Source: Chrysomallon squamiferum (taxonomy: Eukaryota; Animalia; Mollusca). Taken from it: 64,000 nucleotides of DNA. Shown piece by piece: positions 44,537 to 59,283 of this stretch (within the stretch, counting starts at the first letter, position 1; each line of letters starts with the position of its first letter). The notes under the pieces were generated by a model. That model was not told where the DNA came from and did not search any database. It saw only the letters and a list, made by a program, of their open reading frames with translations. The position numbers and the translations under genes were made by a program. The stretch is taken from assembly GCA_012295275.1 (NCBI GenBank), contig CM022674.1:8060001-8124000 (forward strand). Direction: 5' to 3'.

Positions 44537-45842
44537 TATCAACAGGCTGTCAGTACCTGAAACATTATCAACAGGCTGTCAATACATGAAACATTATCAA
44601 CAGACTGTCAGTTCCAGAAACATTATCAACAGACTGTCAGTTCCAGAAACATTATCAATAGGCTGTCAATACATGAAACATTATAAACAGGCTGTCAGTT
44701 CTAGAAACATTATCAACAGACTGTCAGTACCTAAAACATTATCAACAGGCTGTCAATACATGAAACATTATCAACAGACTGTCAGTTCCAGAAACATTAT
44801 CAACAGACTGTCTACATGAAACATTATCAATAGGCTGTCAATACATGAAACATTATCAACAGGCTGTCAGTTCTAGAAACATTATCAACATTCTGTCAGT
44901 ACCTGAAACATTATCAACAGGCTGTCAGTTCCAGAAACATTATCAACAGACTGTCTACATGAAACATTATCAACAGGCTGTCAATATCTGAAACATTATC
45001 AACAGAGTGTCAGTACCTGAAACATTATCAACAGACTGTCAGTACCTGAAACATTATCAACAGGCTGTCAGTATCTGAAACATTATCAACAGACAATGAG
45101 TACTTGAAACATTATCAACAGGCTGTCAGTACCTGAAACATTATCAACAGGCTGTCAGTACCTGAAACATTATCAACAGACAATGAGTACTTGAAACATT
45201 ATCAACAGGCTGTCAGTACCTGAAACATTATCAACAGGCTGTCAGTATCTGAAACATTATCAACAGACAATGAGTACTTGAAACATTATCAACAGTGTCA
45301 GTACTGAAACATTATCAACAGGCTGTCAGTACCTGAAACATTATCAACAGACTGTCAGTACCTGAAACATTATCAACAGACTGTCAGTACCTGAAATATT
45401 ATCAACAGGCTGTCAGTACCTGAAACATTATCAACAGGCTGTCAGTACCTGAAACATTATCAACAGACTGTCAGTACCTGAAATATTATCAACAGACTGT
45501 CAGTACCTGAAATATTATCAACAGGCTGTCAGTACCTGAAACATTATCAACAGACAATGAGTACTTGAAACATTATCAACAGACTGTCAGTACTGAAACA
45601 TTATCAACAGACTGTCAGTATTGAAACATTATCAACAGGCTGTCAGTACCTGAAACATTATCAACAGACAATGAGTATTTGAAACATTATCAACAGACTG
45701 TCAGTACCGAAACATTATCAACAGACTGTCAGTACTGAAACATTATCAACAGACAATGAGTACTTGAAACATTATCAACAGACTGTCAGTACCGAAACAT
45801 TATCAACAGACTGTCAGTACCTGAAATATTATGAACAGGCTG
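44534..45842. repeat. 29-bp minisatellite, about 45 copies, overlapping the splice acceptor and start codon of the CARD gene
   Basis: Unit CATTATCAACAGGCTGTCAGTACCTGAAA with variants (GACAATGAGTACTT, CAATACAT, GTTCCA). Period 29 (ATTATC at 44535 and 44564). Confidence 0.97.
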
Positions 45843-48800
45843 CTAAAAGTCTATTTAAAATTGTGCCACCAAATTATCAATCCAGTCCTAAAGAATTATT
45901 GAAATTTCAAATTATTAAGTTGTTCCTGAAGGGTTACTGAAATTTGAAAACGTCATCCCAGTTCTGAACTGTCAATGTAATATAAAATTATAACAATCCT
46001 AATGTTAGAATTACCTAAGCAATAACACAGTTTCAAATTATCCACCCAGTTCTAAAGATTAATGAAATTTCAAGAAATCTGTGTTGACCTCCAACCATCA
46101 CCCATCACGTAGTATCATTTTTATCACTTATTTGTCCTACTTAATAAAAGGAGAGTTTTCAACATTTTATTTATATTCCTATAATGTCTTTTTACATTTA
46201 CAGATGATGATGACTAAATCCCCCCCAGGTCAAAAAACAAATGGTTATTCATTTTATTTTGCATAACTGATGTTTGTAGAAGTACATGAATTGTAAAAAA
46301 GCAATTATTTATCTTAGAAGTCAGTTCACTCTATTATAGCTTGAGGATAACAGTTTATTTTATTATCTATCAATCAGACTTATTTTTCACACTCCTCTGG
46401 GTAGGAGAATAATGATGTTATTTTATTACCTGAGGTACAATACCTTCTTTATCAAATATAGCTTTTTAATACATCTATTCCTCTTTATTTTTATTTCTAA
46501 TTGTTCATTTCTTTATTCATCTCTCTCTCTCTCCCTCTCCCTCTCGTTTTCCATTTATAATTATCTCTATATATTTCTTCTTCCTCCTTCTTCACAACTT
46601 TCTTCATTATTTTTCTCCCCTCCTCCCTTATTTTTCTTATCTTTGTTGCTTTGACCTCTGTGCCTGCCTACCTCTCCACCTTTCTCTGTTTTTATCGGTC
46701 CATCATTTTGTTTAGTTCAATGACCATTACTCAGTTTCTCTCTCCACTCTAACTAATGAACTTCACTTTGTATATAATAACCTATATCTCTGCTTTATAT
46801 TATTATTATATTTAGTATCATTTGTAATTAATATATTACACAGCATAACATTAATCTTTTTTCTATTCTTATTGATTAATGTCATTCTTTCTGAATCATA
46901 TTAAAAAAAAACAGAGACAAACATTCTATATAAAATAATATTTATAAATTATTTAACCTAGTTTTAATTTTGCTTACAACAATTACTCATTTATTATTAA
47001 TAAATTAATTTTGTTTTTTGTTTTTAAATAATTGTGGTCAAATCCTTTTAGTTCAGTAATAACAAAACATCTAATCCCCTAATAACTGCAGTTTAAAGGG
47101 ATAATTGTTTCATCCCTATGGTTAATTAACCACAAACAAGTCTTCAGTGAATTTTGTCTGCCAATCTCTATGTCCATCAGTTTGTCTAAACTTAATGGTG
47201 GTTTTGAGGCTGAACTCCAGGTGACTCTAGCTTCCATACAGCAAGTTTTGTAACTAATAGTTTTGACAAATTAATACTACATTTGCCATATGTTTAATTA
47301 CATATGATGACACAATACAATAATTTACCTGTCAACCTGGAATATGTTCAAATAACTCACCTGTAGTGTAACCAAAAACTAACAGCTGCTATGTGCACAG
47401 GTAAACAACACAAACCCCCATAATTACTGAAGCAGGTAATAGTGGTATTACATGCAGGGTGTTAAATACTGTTCCTGTTGTTAGCTACCTCACTGATCCT
47501 GATAGGCTGGTTAATTTGAGGCACTGTGCGATACTTTATCTACAATGGCTATCTACAGTACACTTGTTACAGCTTTATGGCTTTGACCTAGTACTGGTTA
47601 AAGAGAAATGGAGAGTGTCAGAATTTTCTGTAATGTCTTTTGTAACACTCGACTGATTCCTCGCACCACCCCCTTCTCAAACATCACGAACCCTGGCACC
47701 AGGCCAAGTTTATAGTATCAAATAATATTGTTTACACTTTACCTATGTGTATCATTTGTATCACAGCATGTGTGTGTGTGCATGCGTGTGTGTGTGTCCA
47801 TACATAGCTGAATTATGAAAAACACTTTTGAAATATCACAAATAATCATCCATTCAGCTTCAGTATTCATATTAAAATATTCTAATATAACCTTTTGGAA
47901 TGTTTAATATGAATAGCTAGTTGGGGTGAACAAATAACATTTAATGACATCTGAAAAGTGGTTTTCATAATGCACAACATTTGTTAAAAGTAGTTTTACT
48001 TTTTAAACCTGTCATGTTAATAACAATGAAATGAAAGGTGAAACAGAAATTTAAAACAAATCAGTGATATTTAATCTGAAGTCTGCTCATTCAAATACAC
48101 ACTACTGACTTTACCATCCTTTTTCCTTGTATGAAATCAGAAAAAACTCTGTTTTGATTTAATTCTTACTGACTAGCAGCTAGCCATCTTGTGTGTGCAC
48201 CAACCCATGAACAGCAATATTAGTGGTAAATCAAGTGTTTGTTTTACAGTGAGTTACAGCTAGTTAGTGAAATGTGAATATGGAAATGAAGGAATAAATG
48301 AATATTTTATGTATTCAATATGCTTTAGTACTATCAGCTGTTAGATGGCATACATAGATTTTGTATTATATGAGTAATGAGTGAGTCATTGAGTGAATGA
48401 ATATTTCAGAACAATTTCACATTAATAGTTTATAAGTGTGAGTCATATCTTAATGAAACTAGAGAGGAAACCTGCATCAGTTCTTCATAGGCTGCTCTGA
48501 ATAGTCAGTAGTAAAAGGATATTTTAATTTTAAATGTATTTTTATTCAAAATGCAGTATTAAGGATGAATCACTTTTTGTTGCAAAGCTTCAGAATTGCT
48601 AAATCAATAAACAGAAGTTTTAAAGCTAAAGTATTTAACAAAATTCATCATGTATTGTCAAACACAGTGGTATGTAAAGTGCTGTGCAGCTATTCCTTGT
48701 CTCACTTGTTAAATAGCATCACGAGATCTTTTTTACATTTTCCCATATATCTTTCTAGCAGTTACGTATTATGCAGAATTTATGGCTTTGATCGATTGAA

Positions 48801-49754
48801 ACAATTAATGTTTTAGTTATTGCTTTTCAACCTGTTGTTTTTCAAAGTTAATAATGAAATAAAAGCAGCAACAGACCTCTCAAAGGATTGATCCTGCAGA
48901 CTACAATACACCAGTCTAAGATGGAAACATTTCACAATGTGTCAGTATTAGCTGATATGTTATAAGAATTAGTCATCATTTATCATCTATGCTACTGAAG
49001 TGGAAGTTTATGGAATGATTATGTTATGAATTTACTTGAATGATTTCAGGCAATAATAATAATAACAATAATAATGATAATATAATAATAATGATGATGA
49101 TGATGATGACAATAATAATAATGATAAGATAATGATAATGATGATGATGATAATAATAATAATAAATAATAAATAATATTTTATAAATAATAAATAATCA
49201 TAACACAAAGTTCTTCAAACATTCAAATACTGACTCCACCCTGTCTAACAAGAGAGAAATAGGAAAACGTGCAAACAAAAGAAGCCGTAAAGAATGCACA
49301 TATTAATGCATGTCTCTCATGTATGATTTACACAGCATAAAAATAAACAAGGTGCATGTGCATCAGCTGTTGTCAGGAATGCTGAAGAAACACGTTCTCG
49401 CTAACAGAACACAGCAACGCGAGGCTGAGAATCAATTCCACCACAGTGACTCATTGTTTAATACCAGATGTCTGTTGTTATCACGTTTTCATCAAACAGT
49501 GGCAATTTAATAACGTAGAATATTTTACCTGTATTCCATTTTTAAAAAAAAGGTTTAAAATGTATAAAATGTATGTGTTATTAATTCATTGTTAAATACC
49601 TAATGTTTATTGTCATCAACATATTTACCTGTATTTTTCTATTTGTTCTTTAAATCTATATATATGTGGGTGTGTGAATAGTATATCATAAGTGTATTTG
49701 TTGTTAAATGCATGTCTGTATCTCTGTCATCAGTTTTTTTAAATATTCATTACA

Positions 49755-49812
<58 letters not shown>

Positions 49813-50304
49813 ATCACCAGTTATTTTTTTCATGAACTGGTTTGTGTATAAAGTGTAATGTCAGCTAACTCTTGCTGAAAATAAAGTCATAAACATTCAA
49901 ATTTAATTAGATTTTATTGTTCCATGTACGTGTTAAAGTGTTAACTGATAAAACTAACTTGACATGTTTTTTTCTACTGTTATTACCTGCAACATGAAAT
50001 ATAGGTTTAGTGTATTGTTTACACACTCAGAATGTGTGTGTGTGTGTGTGTATGGGTAGGTGAACACAAACACACACACACACACAAATTATAACCACAT
50101 ATAAACAGATGTATATTTTTGTTAATAAACTTATAAGGAGTAAAAAAAAAAAAAAAACGGAATCACACACACACACAAAAAAGTGTAATACATGATTTTG
50201 CTATAACTATTTTAATGTTCAAACAATAATGATATGTGACAAATAGATGGTAATTTATTCCTCAGTTAATTTTGCACCTGTCTGATTTAAAATTTAAAAC
50301 AGTT

Positions 50305-50545
50305 ACTTTCACTTTACATAGTCAGGTAATGATATAAAATACCAAAACATTAAAACTGATATTTCACTTTACATATTTAGGTAAATGATTTAATATATGA
50401 AAACATTAAAACTGATATTTCACTTTACAGATTCAGGTGAAGTATTTAATATGCGAAGACATTAAAATTGATGTTTCACTTTACATCTTCAGGTAAATGA
50501 TTTAATTTATGAAAACATTAAAGACAGACGTTTCACTTTATTTAT
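50305..50545. repeat. Degenerate ~56-bp tandem repeat, about 4-5 copies
   Basis: TTTCACTTTA recurs at about 50307, 50362, 50418, 50474 and 50531, with AAACATTAAAACTGAT-like sequence between. Confidence 0.8.
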
Positions 50546-52459
50546 TCAGTGACTGAAATATCATATTCCAAAATATTAAAGTAACATTTTAATAATATTT
50601 ACATAAATTTGTACCTGTCAGCAATTCCCACGTTATAAATCTGCTATTCACAGATTACAAAGTTATTATGCTGTTCCTTTCTGTGTCTACTGGCTGTGAT
50701 ATAACTTTTGTATGAAATGCTGTGTATTATCAGTGATTATTATTACATGAAATCATGTTAAACGGAGTTAGCCAGATTATATTTGGATTTGTGAAATAAG
50801 GTCAAGGCTTCATGAATAACAGAATGTACATAATCAGATTAAAGAGTATCCATTAGATTTTTGCTTGAGTACAAGATTTGAGCATTAACATAATCTTTTA
50901 ACTATAGAGAGGGCATAACATTACAGTATCATTTTCAGTCAACAAAAGTACTTGTATTTTAATTACTGCTGTTGAGAATTTTAACATTTTTGTTCTTTCT
51001 GTTACTGTAACGAAGTTACAATAACCTCACCTGTTTAAAAACATACCTGTGGTGTGGAATACTAATGATGTAATGTACCTGTAAGGATAACAAAAGGCCT
51101 AAACACTTTGAAGTAACTGCTTTGTTTTTCTCATAATTCACCTTAGCTAATTAATAACACAATACAGCATTATATGACATGTGGGTAAAGAAGCTGCCAT
51201 TTTTATTCCTTTCTGTGTATATAATCATATTTCACAAAGAAAAAAAATAATAGTATAATAATAATAATAAGCGCACACACACACACATACACACAGACAA
51301 AAACAAAGGTAGAGAGTTTCACTTTTTCAGTTATTTGCAATGGTGATGAAAGTAAACATGCTAAAGTGTTACTACAAAACTGCTTATTATTAGATTATAT
51401 AATATATCTATCACACAGACACAGTCACACACAGACACAGACACACACACACGTATACACACACATGCTTATTTCTAATACACTGGTCTCAAGAAGTAAA
51501 TAAATAGTTCATTCAATATATTCAGATTAATAATAATAAAAAATGAATAAAACAAATAAATAAATAAATAACCATAATATTAATAACCACACAAAATATT
51601 AATTTTGTATTATGACTGAGCACAATGAATGAGACAGCTTTTCATAAATTGTTTATATGGTCTGGAAAAACAAGTTGTTTTTCTATTTCCATGAATCTGT
51701 TTTGGAAACACTATAAAATTACTGATTAGAAATAGAAGCCTTCTATACGAATGACTTTAATCCTAAAACTGTCACTGTGGATTTGTGTCAAGTTTTGTTT
51801 TATGGTTTCTAAATAGTTTTTACAATTTTAGCTACATGAGTATGCTGTGTTCATCAGAAATGGATGTGAACTGGCTTGTGTGTCTTAACATATCAATAAA
51901 ATATGTACGTAAAAAAAAAATAGAACTTAAAAAAACTAAACTAAACTAAATAAATAATTAAATAATAATAATAATAATAAATAAATAAATATTTTAAAAA
52001 ACCACACAAAAAAACAACAAAAAAAACAAAAAAAACAACCCAATCATAAATAAAAAATAAATCTAAGAAACTAAATTAATAATTCCAATAACAATAATGA
52101 TTATAATAATAATAATAATAATAATAGTAATAATAATTAATATATATGTCAATTACACACACACACACACACAAACACAGAGACATATTAAAGAAACAAC
52201 AGAAAAAAAAGCTATATTGCCTTTCTTTCTTCAATGTCTATTGCTCAACTTAAAAGACCTCATTAGGAAAAGTCTGAACAATAGGTCTTTGTCTCTGTAA
52301 AGAGAAGAAATTCCACAGCATCTCAGTATATAGTTATCACTGTTACAATGTAAGGAGCCTGGTTTGTGGAATGCAAACTAAACATGTGTCTCAACATGGC
52401 AAAGTAACAAGAAAAAATGTAACTCATGTAACAGCATTCTTTCAACACAAATTAGCATC

Positions 52460-53403
52460 TTTAACTCTTTATTACCTATAAATATAACTATTTTAACTCA
52501 TTATTACCTATAAATATAACTATTTTAACTCATTATTAGCTGTATCAATAACTATTTTAACTCATTATTACCTACATACATAACTATTTTAACTCATTAT
52601 TACCTATATACATAACTATTTAAACTCATTATTACCTACATACATAACTATTTTTACTCATTATTACCTATATACATAACTATTTTTACTCATTATTACC
52701 TATATACATGACTATTTTAACTCATTATTACCTATAAACATAACTATTTTAACTCATTATTACCTATATCAATAACTATTTTAACACATTATTACCTATA
52801 TCAATAACTATTTTAACTCATTATTACCTACATACATAACTATTTTTACTCATTATTACCTACATACATAATATTTTTACTCATTATTACCTATATACAT
52901 AACTATTTAAACTCATTATTACCTGTATCAATAACTATTTTAACTCATTATTACCTATATACATAACTATTTTAACTCATTATTACCTATATCAATAACT
53001 ATTTTAACTCATTATTACCTATATACATAACTATTTTAACTCATTATTACCTATATCAATAACTATTTTAACTCATTATTACCTATATACATAACTATTT
53101 TAACTCATTAGTAGCTGTATACATAACTATTTTAACTCATTATTACCTGCATACGTAACTATTTTAACTCATTATTACCTGTATACATAACTATTTTAAC
53201 TCATTATTAGCTATATACATAACTCTTTTAACACATTATTACCTATATCAATAACTATTTTAACACATTATTACCTATATACATAACTATTTTAACTCAT
53301 TATTACCTGTATACATAACTATTTTAACTCATTATTACCTATATACATAACTATTTTAACTCATTATTACCTATATACATAACTATTTTAAGTCATTATT
53401 ACT
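52460..53403. repeat. 32-bp AT-rich minisatellite, about 29 copies
   Basis: Unit TTTTAACTCATTATTACCTATATACATAACTA with point variants. Confidence 0.97.
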
Positions 53404-54275
53404 CTAATGAATAACAGTAATAATGTTAACAGTAATAATAACAATAATTTTAACTCCATGTGTATATAATAAATAAACATATTCCATTCACTGAAAATCT
53501 GAAGAAGAGTTTTATTTTCTTTATTCTCATATATAAGCCTGTAAGCTGTTCAGGTTTGTTTCCACTTTGTAATTAAAGTTAAGTCAAGTATGTCTGTTAC
53601 AGTGTCGTGTTACGTCCATGATGCTAGAAACATTTTTCTCAGCAAGATCAGATAGATAATATTTACCAGCAACAGATTGGCTTTATCTCAGTGAAAGAGT
53701 TCATGCCTAGAAAACAACAGATTACAGGATCAGTTCCCTTAGCAGGCCAGTTTAGATATTATTAGCATCATCATCAGTTACTGATACATAAAAGATTGTG
53801 TTATGTGTTTTCCTGTCCATAATTTTCTAGTAATCATTAAAGCGGTAAAAATAGCCTACATATGTCAGATTTTATTTCTTATTATCATTAGAAAATGTCA
53901 TGTCTGTGACACATGACAATTTAATATAATATTCAGGGTCAGTAAACTGGTATTTTTCATTTATCTGTTAATCTCCACACTGGGTCAACCAGACATTATT
54001 TTAAACGAGAGAATGGCTGCAGGTTAATGAAATATCTTGAATGAGGTATATTTTATATATTGATTTGTGAGTTACACTGTTCTGTAGAAAACTCTATTGA
54101 TTTATGAAGCTTTTAAAGGGATGCATGGCATTACCTGAAGACTTTTATTCTTTCAATATTTGTGATTATTTCTGAGACTTAAAACCTGAGTTATCATTCT
54201 GTAATCTACACTTGTCAGTTATTACATATGGATCTTTTAGACACCTTGCCATGTATAATACATTTATATCTCACT

Positions 54276-54278
<3 letters not shown>

Positions 54279-54323
<45 letters not shown>
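54279..54323. repeat. (CA)n microsatellite
   Basis: Pure CA run. Confidence 0.95.
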
Positions 54324-54324
<1 letters not shown>

Positions 54325-55318
54325 TATCTATTATAGCAATGATAAAACAGTCATTATAGTTATGGCTGGAATAGACTAAATGTTTCAAGACTTGTGTGTA
54401 CATGGAAGAGCATTGATCTTTTGACCCTGCACTCCTCAGTGCACAGAGTTAAGACACAGAAAGGCCTACAGTTAATTTTCTTAACTTATAACTTTAAATA
54501 CATTTTATTATTTTTACTTAGCCAGGCATGTAATACACACAGACACAAATATACAAAACCAGATTTGAATTATTATTATTATTTTTTTTTTACAACATCC
54601 CATCCATCAGATATGCTGTATATTTTTCCAGGATAAATAAATGATTGGCAGAAGTCCAGTAGTGGCAGATTTCAAACTGACCCGTTCAGACTGACCAACA
54701 TTCCAGTACTAGTCACATGTTTTTGTGATTACCATACTGGTGTAGCACCATGTGAAATCTTCAGATTTAATAACACTGATGTCCAAACAACTGCCCAGTG
54801 GTCAACACTAGTGTATCTTAAAGAAAAAACTATTGATCTTTGTGACCAGTTCTCTGCACAGTTGTAAGTCACGTAACTGACAAATTGATACACGGAAACT
54901 ATTGATGTAAAAGTAACAGTAAATAAACAAAAGTGCACCTTTAGACATGTGAACACAATGCAGCCTGCTACATGTTTCTTTGTTACCGAAATCAATGTTT
55001 TCTAATAATAAAGTACTGACAAATACAATTCCAACCTTATTAAGTAGCATAATGAAGACATACATGAACACTGAGGTTTCCTTTTTTTAAATAAAAGCAA
55101 TAAAGAAAAAATATGTTTTTTATTTACCATCATCAATAAATAAAATATATGTATTTTTTTTGTTCCTTTATTATTATTATAATTATAATTATTATTATTA
55201 TTATTACTTTTATTTTTTTTTTAAATTCACTGTATGAAATTAGCCAATATTTTATTAAGTACCTGCTTTTGACACATTTATATCAAAATTGTAGATTATC
55301 TTGAACTGAAATGTCATC

Positions 55319-55419
<101 letters not shown>

Positions 55420-55790
55420 TCTGCATGGATGTATCTGCATGAACGTAAGAGTTTCAGGCCATTAATACAGTGCTACAATATTGTGTTATTATTTATAAAA
55501 ATAAATAACAGTCTGGTAATTACAAACACTAACATCAACATGGTTCAGCGAGTGCATGTTACACTAAGCAGTAATCAGTATATACGTGGTTTAGGCTCTT
55601 GAATGCAGATACAATACATTTGCAAAAACAATACTGTACAATGTTTATAATGAGTCACAACAATGTTACAATACAGTACAATGTAACGAACCTTCATACA
55701 ATGTAACGAATATAATGTAACTACCATTACTACCAGTATACTCATTTTCAAACGTTTTTTAAAGCTAAAAATCGGCTCTGATTTTCTTAC

Positions 55791-56160
55791 CATTCTGTTT
55801 TGCACTCAGCCCATCTTAGTTCCTGACGAGAAAAGATAACAGTACTCCACAGGTGAGGTGTGGTTCCTTTTCTGCCTCGTTCGCTACGTTTGTTCCTCCA
55901 ACATCTGCGTACTACTCGCTGACGCAGTACTTATCGGCTGCAGTCGCTGAACCTCGGTTTGTGTACAACAGGAAGAACTGCCTGCTGCTGCTGCTCATAT
56001 CATCTCTACAACAGATATCAGTTACAAGCCGCCTCTCTCTGTTTGCCTGACATTTCTTTGTGCGCTGGTTGCTGCTAACTTTAACTTTTTATCAGTAGCT
56101 ACCGTTTCACTTTTTTTCGCTCTAGTACAGCTGATATGCACTGACTACCATCGCTGTGTA
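55791..56160 (-). promoter_or_regulatory. CpG-enriched region ending in a minus-strand splice donor; candidate non-coding first exon/promoter, possibly of the CARD gene
   Basis: GC/CpG-richer block with minus-strand CAGAATG|GTAAGA at about 55791. I found no ATG-initiated frame that continues into the CARD exon. Confidence 0.3.
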
Positions 56161-56569
56161 GGCTGCTAGATTGGTTCTTGTCAGTTATTTATTTTCCAAA
56201 AAGTCGTTTCAAATGGCAGGTTTTAATAATAATACAACTTGTAATTGAAAACATTTATTTTATTGCTTTTGTTAACTGGAAATCTGTTAACTTACTCTGA
56301 AGTAATAGTTAATTATAGATAACATGTTAACTATTATAAGTTTGTTATAATTTTTATGAACAGTCTCATGTTATAAGGACAATATGATGTAGGCTAATTA
56401 TCAAATTAGCATAGGCAACTTTTACAGGAGACAAAATTAATTTACGTCTGTTAGGTGTTTTTATTATTATTATTATTTTTTGTTATAACAATATATTGTC
56501 ATTGATAAAACACGATATAATACTACTGCAGTGATTTAGAACAAGGATTAAGTAACAGTCAAAAATACA

Positions 56570-56609
<40 letters not shown>

Positions 56610-57005
56610 CAATGATGATGTTTTTTATTTTTTCATCATCATATTTTTTTTTCTTCTGATGTTATTGACTTCACAATAAACGCACCTTTGTCTTACCTCA
56701 TCAATACACATCTACTGAAATAGAATTAAAAAACAACAACACTGAAACCATGGCAACTGATTGTGAAATATGTTTCAATGCAATTTTATTAATAACCTTT
56801 TGTGTTATCTTCTTTCAATGTTGAACAAAGTTGTATTTATTAACTGACATTTTCCACATAATACAGTGTATTGTTTTACTATAGCAGTTTGTTGTTTTTG
56901 TTAGAACCTGGCTGGTAAAACTATGAAATATCAGACACAAAATTGATCTCTATCGGCTATAGTAAATAAATCATACAAAATTTGTCTAGACAGGTGAACA
57001 GACAC

Positions 57006-57042
<37 letters not shown>

Positions 57043-58528
57043 TTGGAATTTGTGTAAAGAAAATTAAAGACGACAAAAATACAATTATTTTAATAATAAT
57101 AAAAAAAATGAAATGAAATAAAACAATTAAATAAAATTAAAGATATAAAAAATAAAACAATTATTAAAATAAAGATAAAAAGTAATCATTAAAATAAAAT
57201 AAAATAAAACAAAAGAATAAATAAATAAAAATAAAGTTAAAAATAATTATTAAAATAAAACTAGAAAGTAATTATATACAGTTTTGCAATAAAAAGATCA
57301 GATAAAAAAACAAACAAAACAACAACAACAACAACAAAAACGTTAGGATAACAGGTTCTGAAATATTTAAATTTGAATTTAAAAAATACATATATTACAA
57401 ATTTGTAAACAAATCCTGAGATTTTAAAATAATAATTGTTATTAAATATGAAACATAACGAATCTAACAGTAGTTTGATATTTAGTATATTCAAAATATA
57501 CTAAAATGTTACAGTATAAAATTTTAAAAATTGATTTAAATTCTGAAATAACTTTTGAAAATTAATAAAACAAATTTAATTAAATAAAATTAAAACAATT
57601 TTTGGTTTAAATATTAGACTTTATAATATTATTATTATCATATAGATACATTAATAACTTTAAATTAAAAAATGATCAAAGAATAAAACTTCTGCGATTT
57701 CTAAACATTATCATTTGGAAATTTTTGACAAGGATCCAAAGATAACAGAAAGTATACTCCAGCGAAGTCAAACTTCAAACTGTTGATTATTTCTCTCCGC
57801 GTGTGCACGTGGATTGTGGGAAAGATACGACCTGCATGAAACCAGCGAACATGATCATACATACATCTGTTCTGTGCTCGACTTTGTCTAGACCCGCTAT
57901 CTTTAGCTCGCCCAACTCTTTAGTGCCAATAAAACACAGGGGAAATAATTTCTAAATTAACCAAACAGCGACTGGTTAATACTGGAGATGTGGAAAACCA
58001 GTTGCATAATAAATTGGCAAGGGAGAATTTTATTGAAGTTGTGTTTTTAATGTTAAGGGAGAGAAAAAAAAAATCTATAATGTTATGTTGTTTGACTGGT
58101 TAAGAATATTTTAAAAATTGAAAGAAAACCAAAACAAAAAAATAAAAAATAAACACTGAAAAAATAAACAACACACATACACACAAATAAAACCACCAAA
58201 AAACAACAAACCAAAAATTATTAATAAAATAAAATTAACCCCCCACAAAACTGCCTCAACAAAAAAAAAAAACAACAACGCAAAAATCAAACAAACAACA
58301 AAATTTGGTAATTAAAACAGTTGTATAATAATTACAGAGTTGATATTAAACATATACTTGAATTTTATATTAAATGATTTGACAGAAAAAAAAATGTCTG
58401 TTAACAATATATGGTCTGTTTGCTTTGTACCTGCATTTTCCTGTATTGATTTATGTTCTGAAGACGGGATGCAATGAGTTAGCTTGCAGCTAAAAATAAC
58501 TTGACATATTGTCTGGAGAAGAAAAAAA

Positions 58529-58560
<32 letters not shown>

Positions 58561-58769
58561 GAAAGAAAAAGGTTGATTTTATTAGAATGTTAACCTGACG
58601 AGTTGAGATAACAGGATCAAACTTGTATTTCCCATTCTAGCAATGTCTCAGAGGTGGAATATATGTAAGGATATGTTTTACCTTTGTCAAGGAAAGTGCA
58701 TATAAAAGCCTGAAAAGAGTCTGTGAATTGCAAATGAGTATGTGCGTGTGTGTTTTGTGTATGTGCGTT

Positions 58770-58802
<33 letters not shown>

Positions 58803-59283
58803 ATTTGTGTTTTTGCCTGTGTGTGTGTTACTTTAATCTGAAACGAAAAGACAGTTAACAGTCTCTTGAAGCTAATTAGTAAAATCATTGTACGTATCAA
58901 ATCAGTTGCACTGCCCACTATGCATGTTAAATAGATGTGTAAGTCTTGTTTCATAGTTATGGATATATGGTGGGGTTTTTTGTGATAATTTTTACATCGT
59001 TTTTGTTAGTTGAAATGAAGTGATCGAACACAGTGACATGTGCTGGAGTTTAGGTCAATGTGTTTTGTATGAACACAATTAATTGTTGTGATGTTTAGGT
59101 CAGTGTGCCATTTTGTTGATGTGTTGTCAATGTAGGCCGTATTGATGTAAATTAGAGATGTATCGTCAGTATATGCACTGATGTCAGTGACGTCTCGTCA
59201 GTATACGCACTGATGTTAATTAGTGACCTATCATCAGTATACGTATTGATATCAGTTAGTGTTGTATGGTCAGTGTATGTCTA

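Noticed and set aside
44586-44819. Repetitive 77-aa ORF MKHYQQTVSSRNIINRLS
   Set aside because: Translation of the minisatellite on the non-coding strand.
44534-45842. 29-bp repeat array as a CRISPR array
   Set aside because: Head-to-tail units with no unique spacers, no cas genes, and a eukaryotic intron-containing context.
46668-46706. Possible upstream coding exon for the CARD gene (ATGATGGACCGATAA...GAG|GTAGGC)
   Set aside because: The ATG frame stops after four codons and I could not establish a compatible acceptor or phase.
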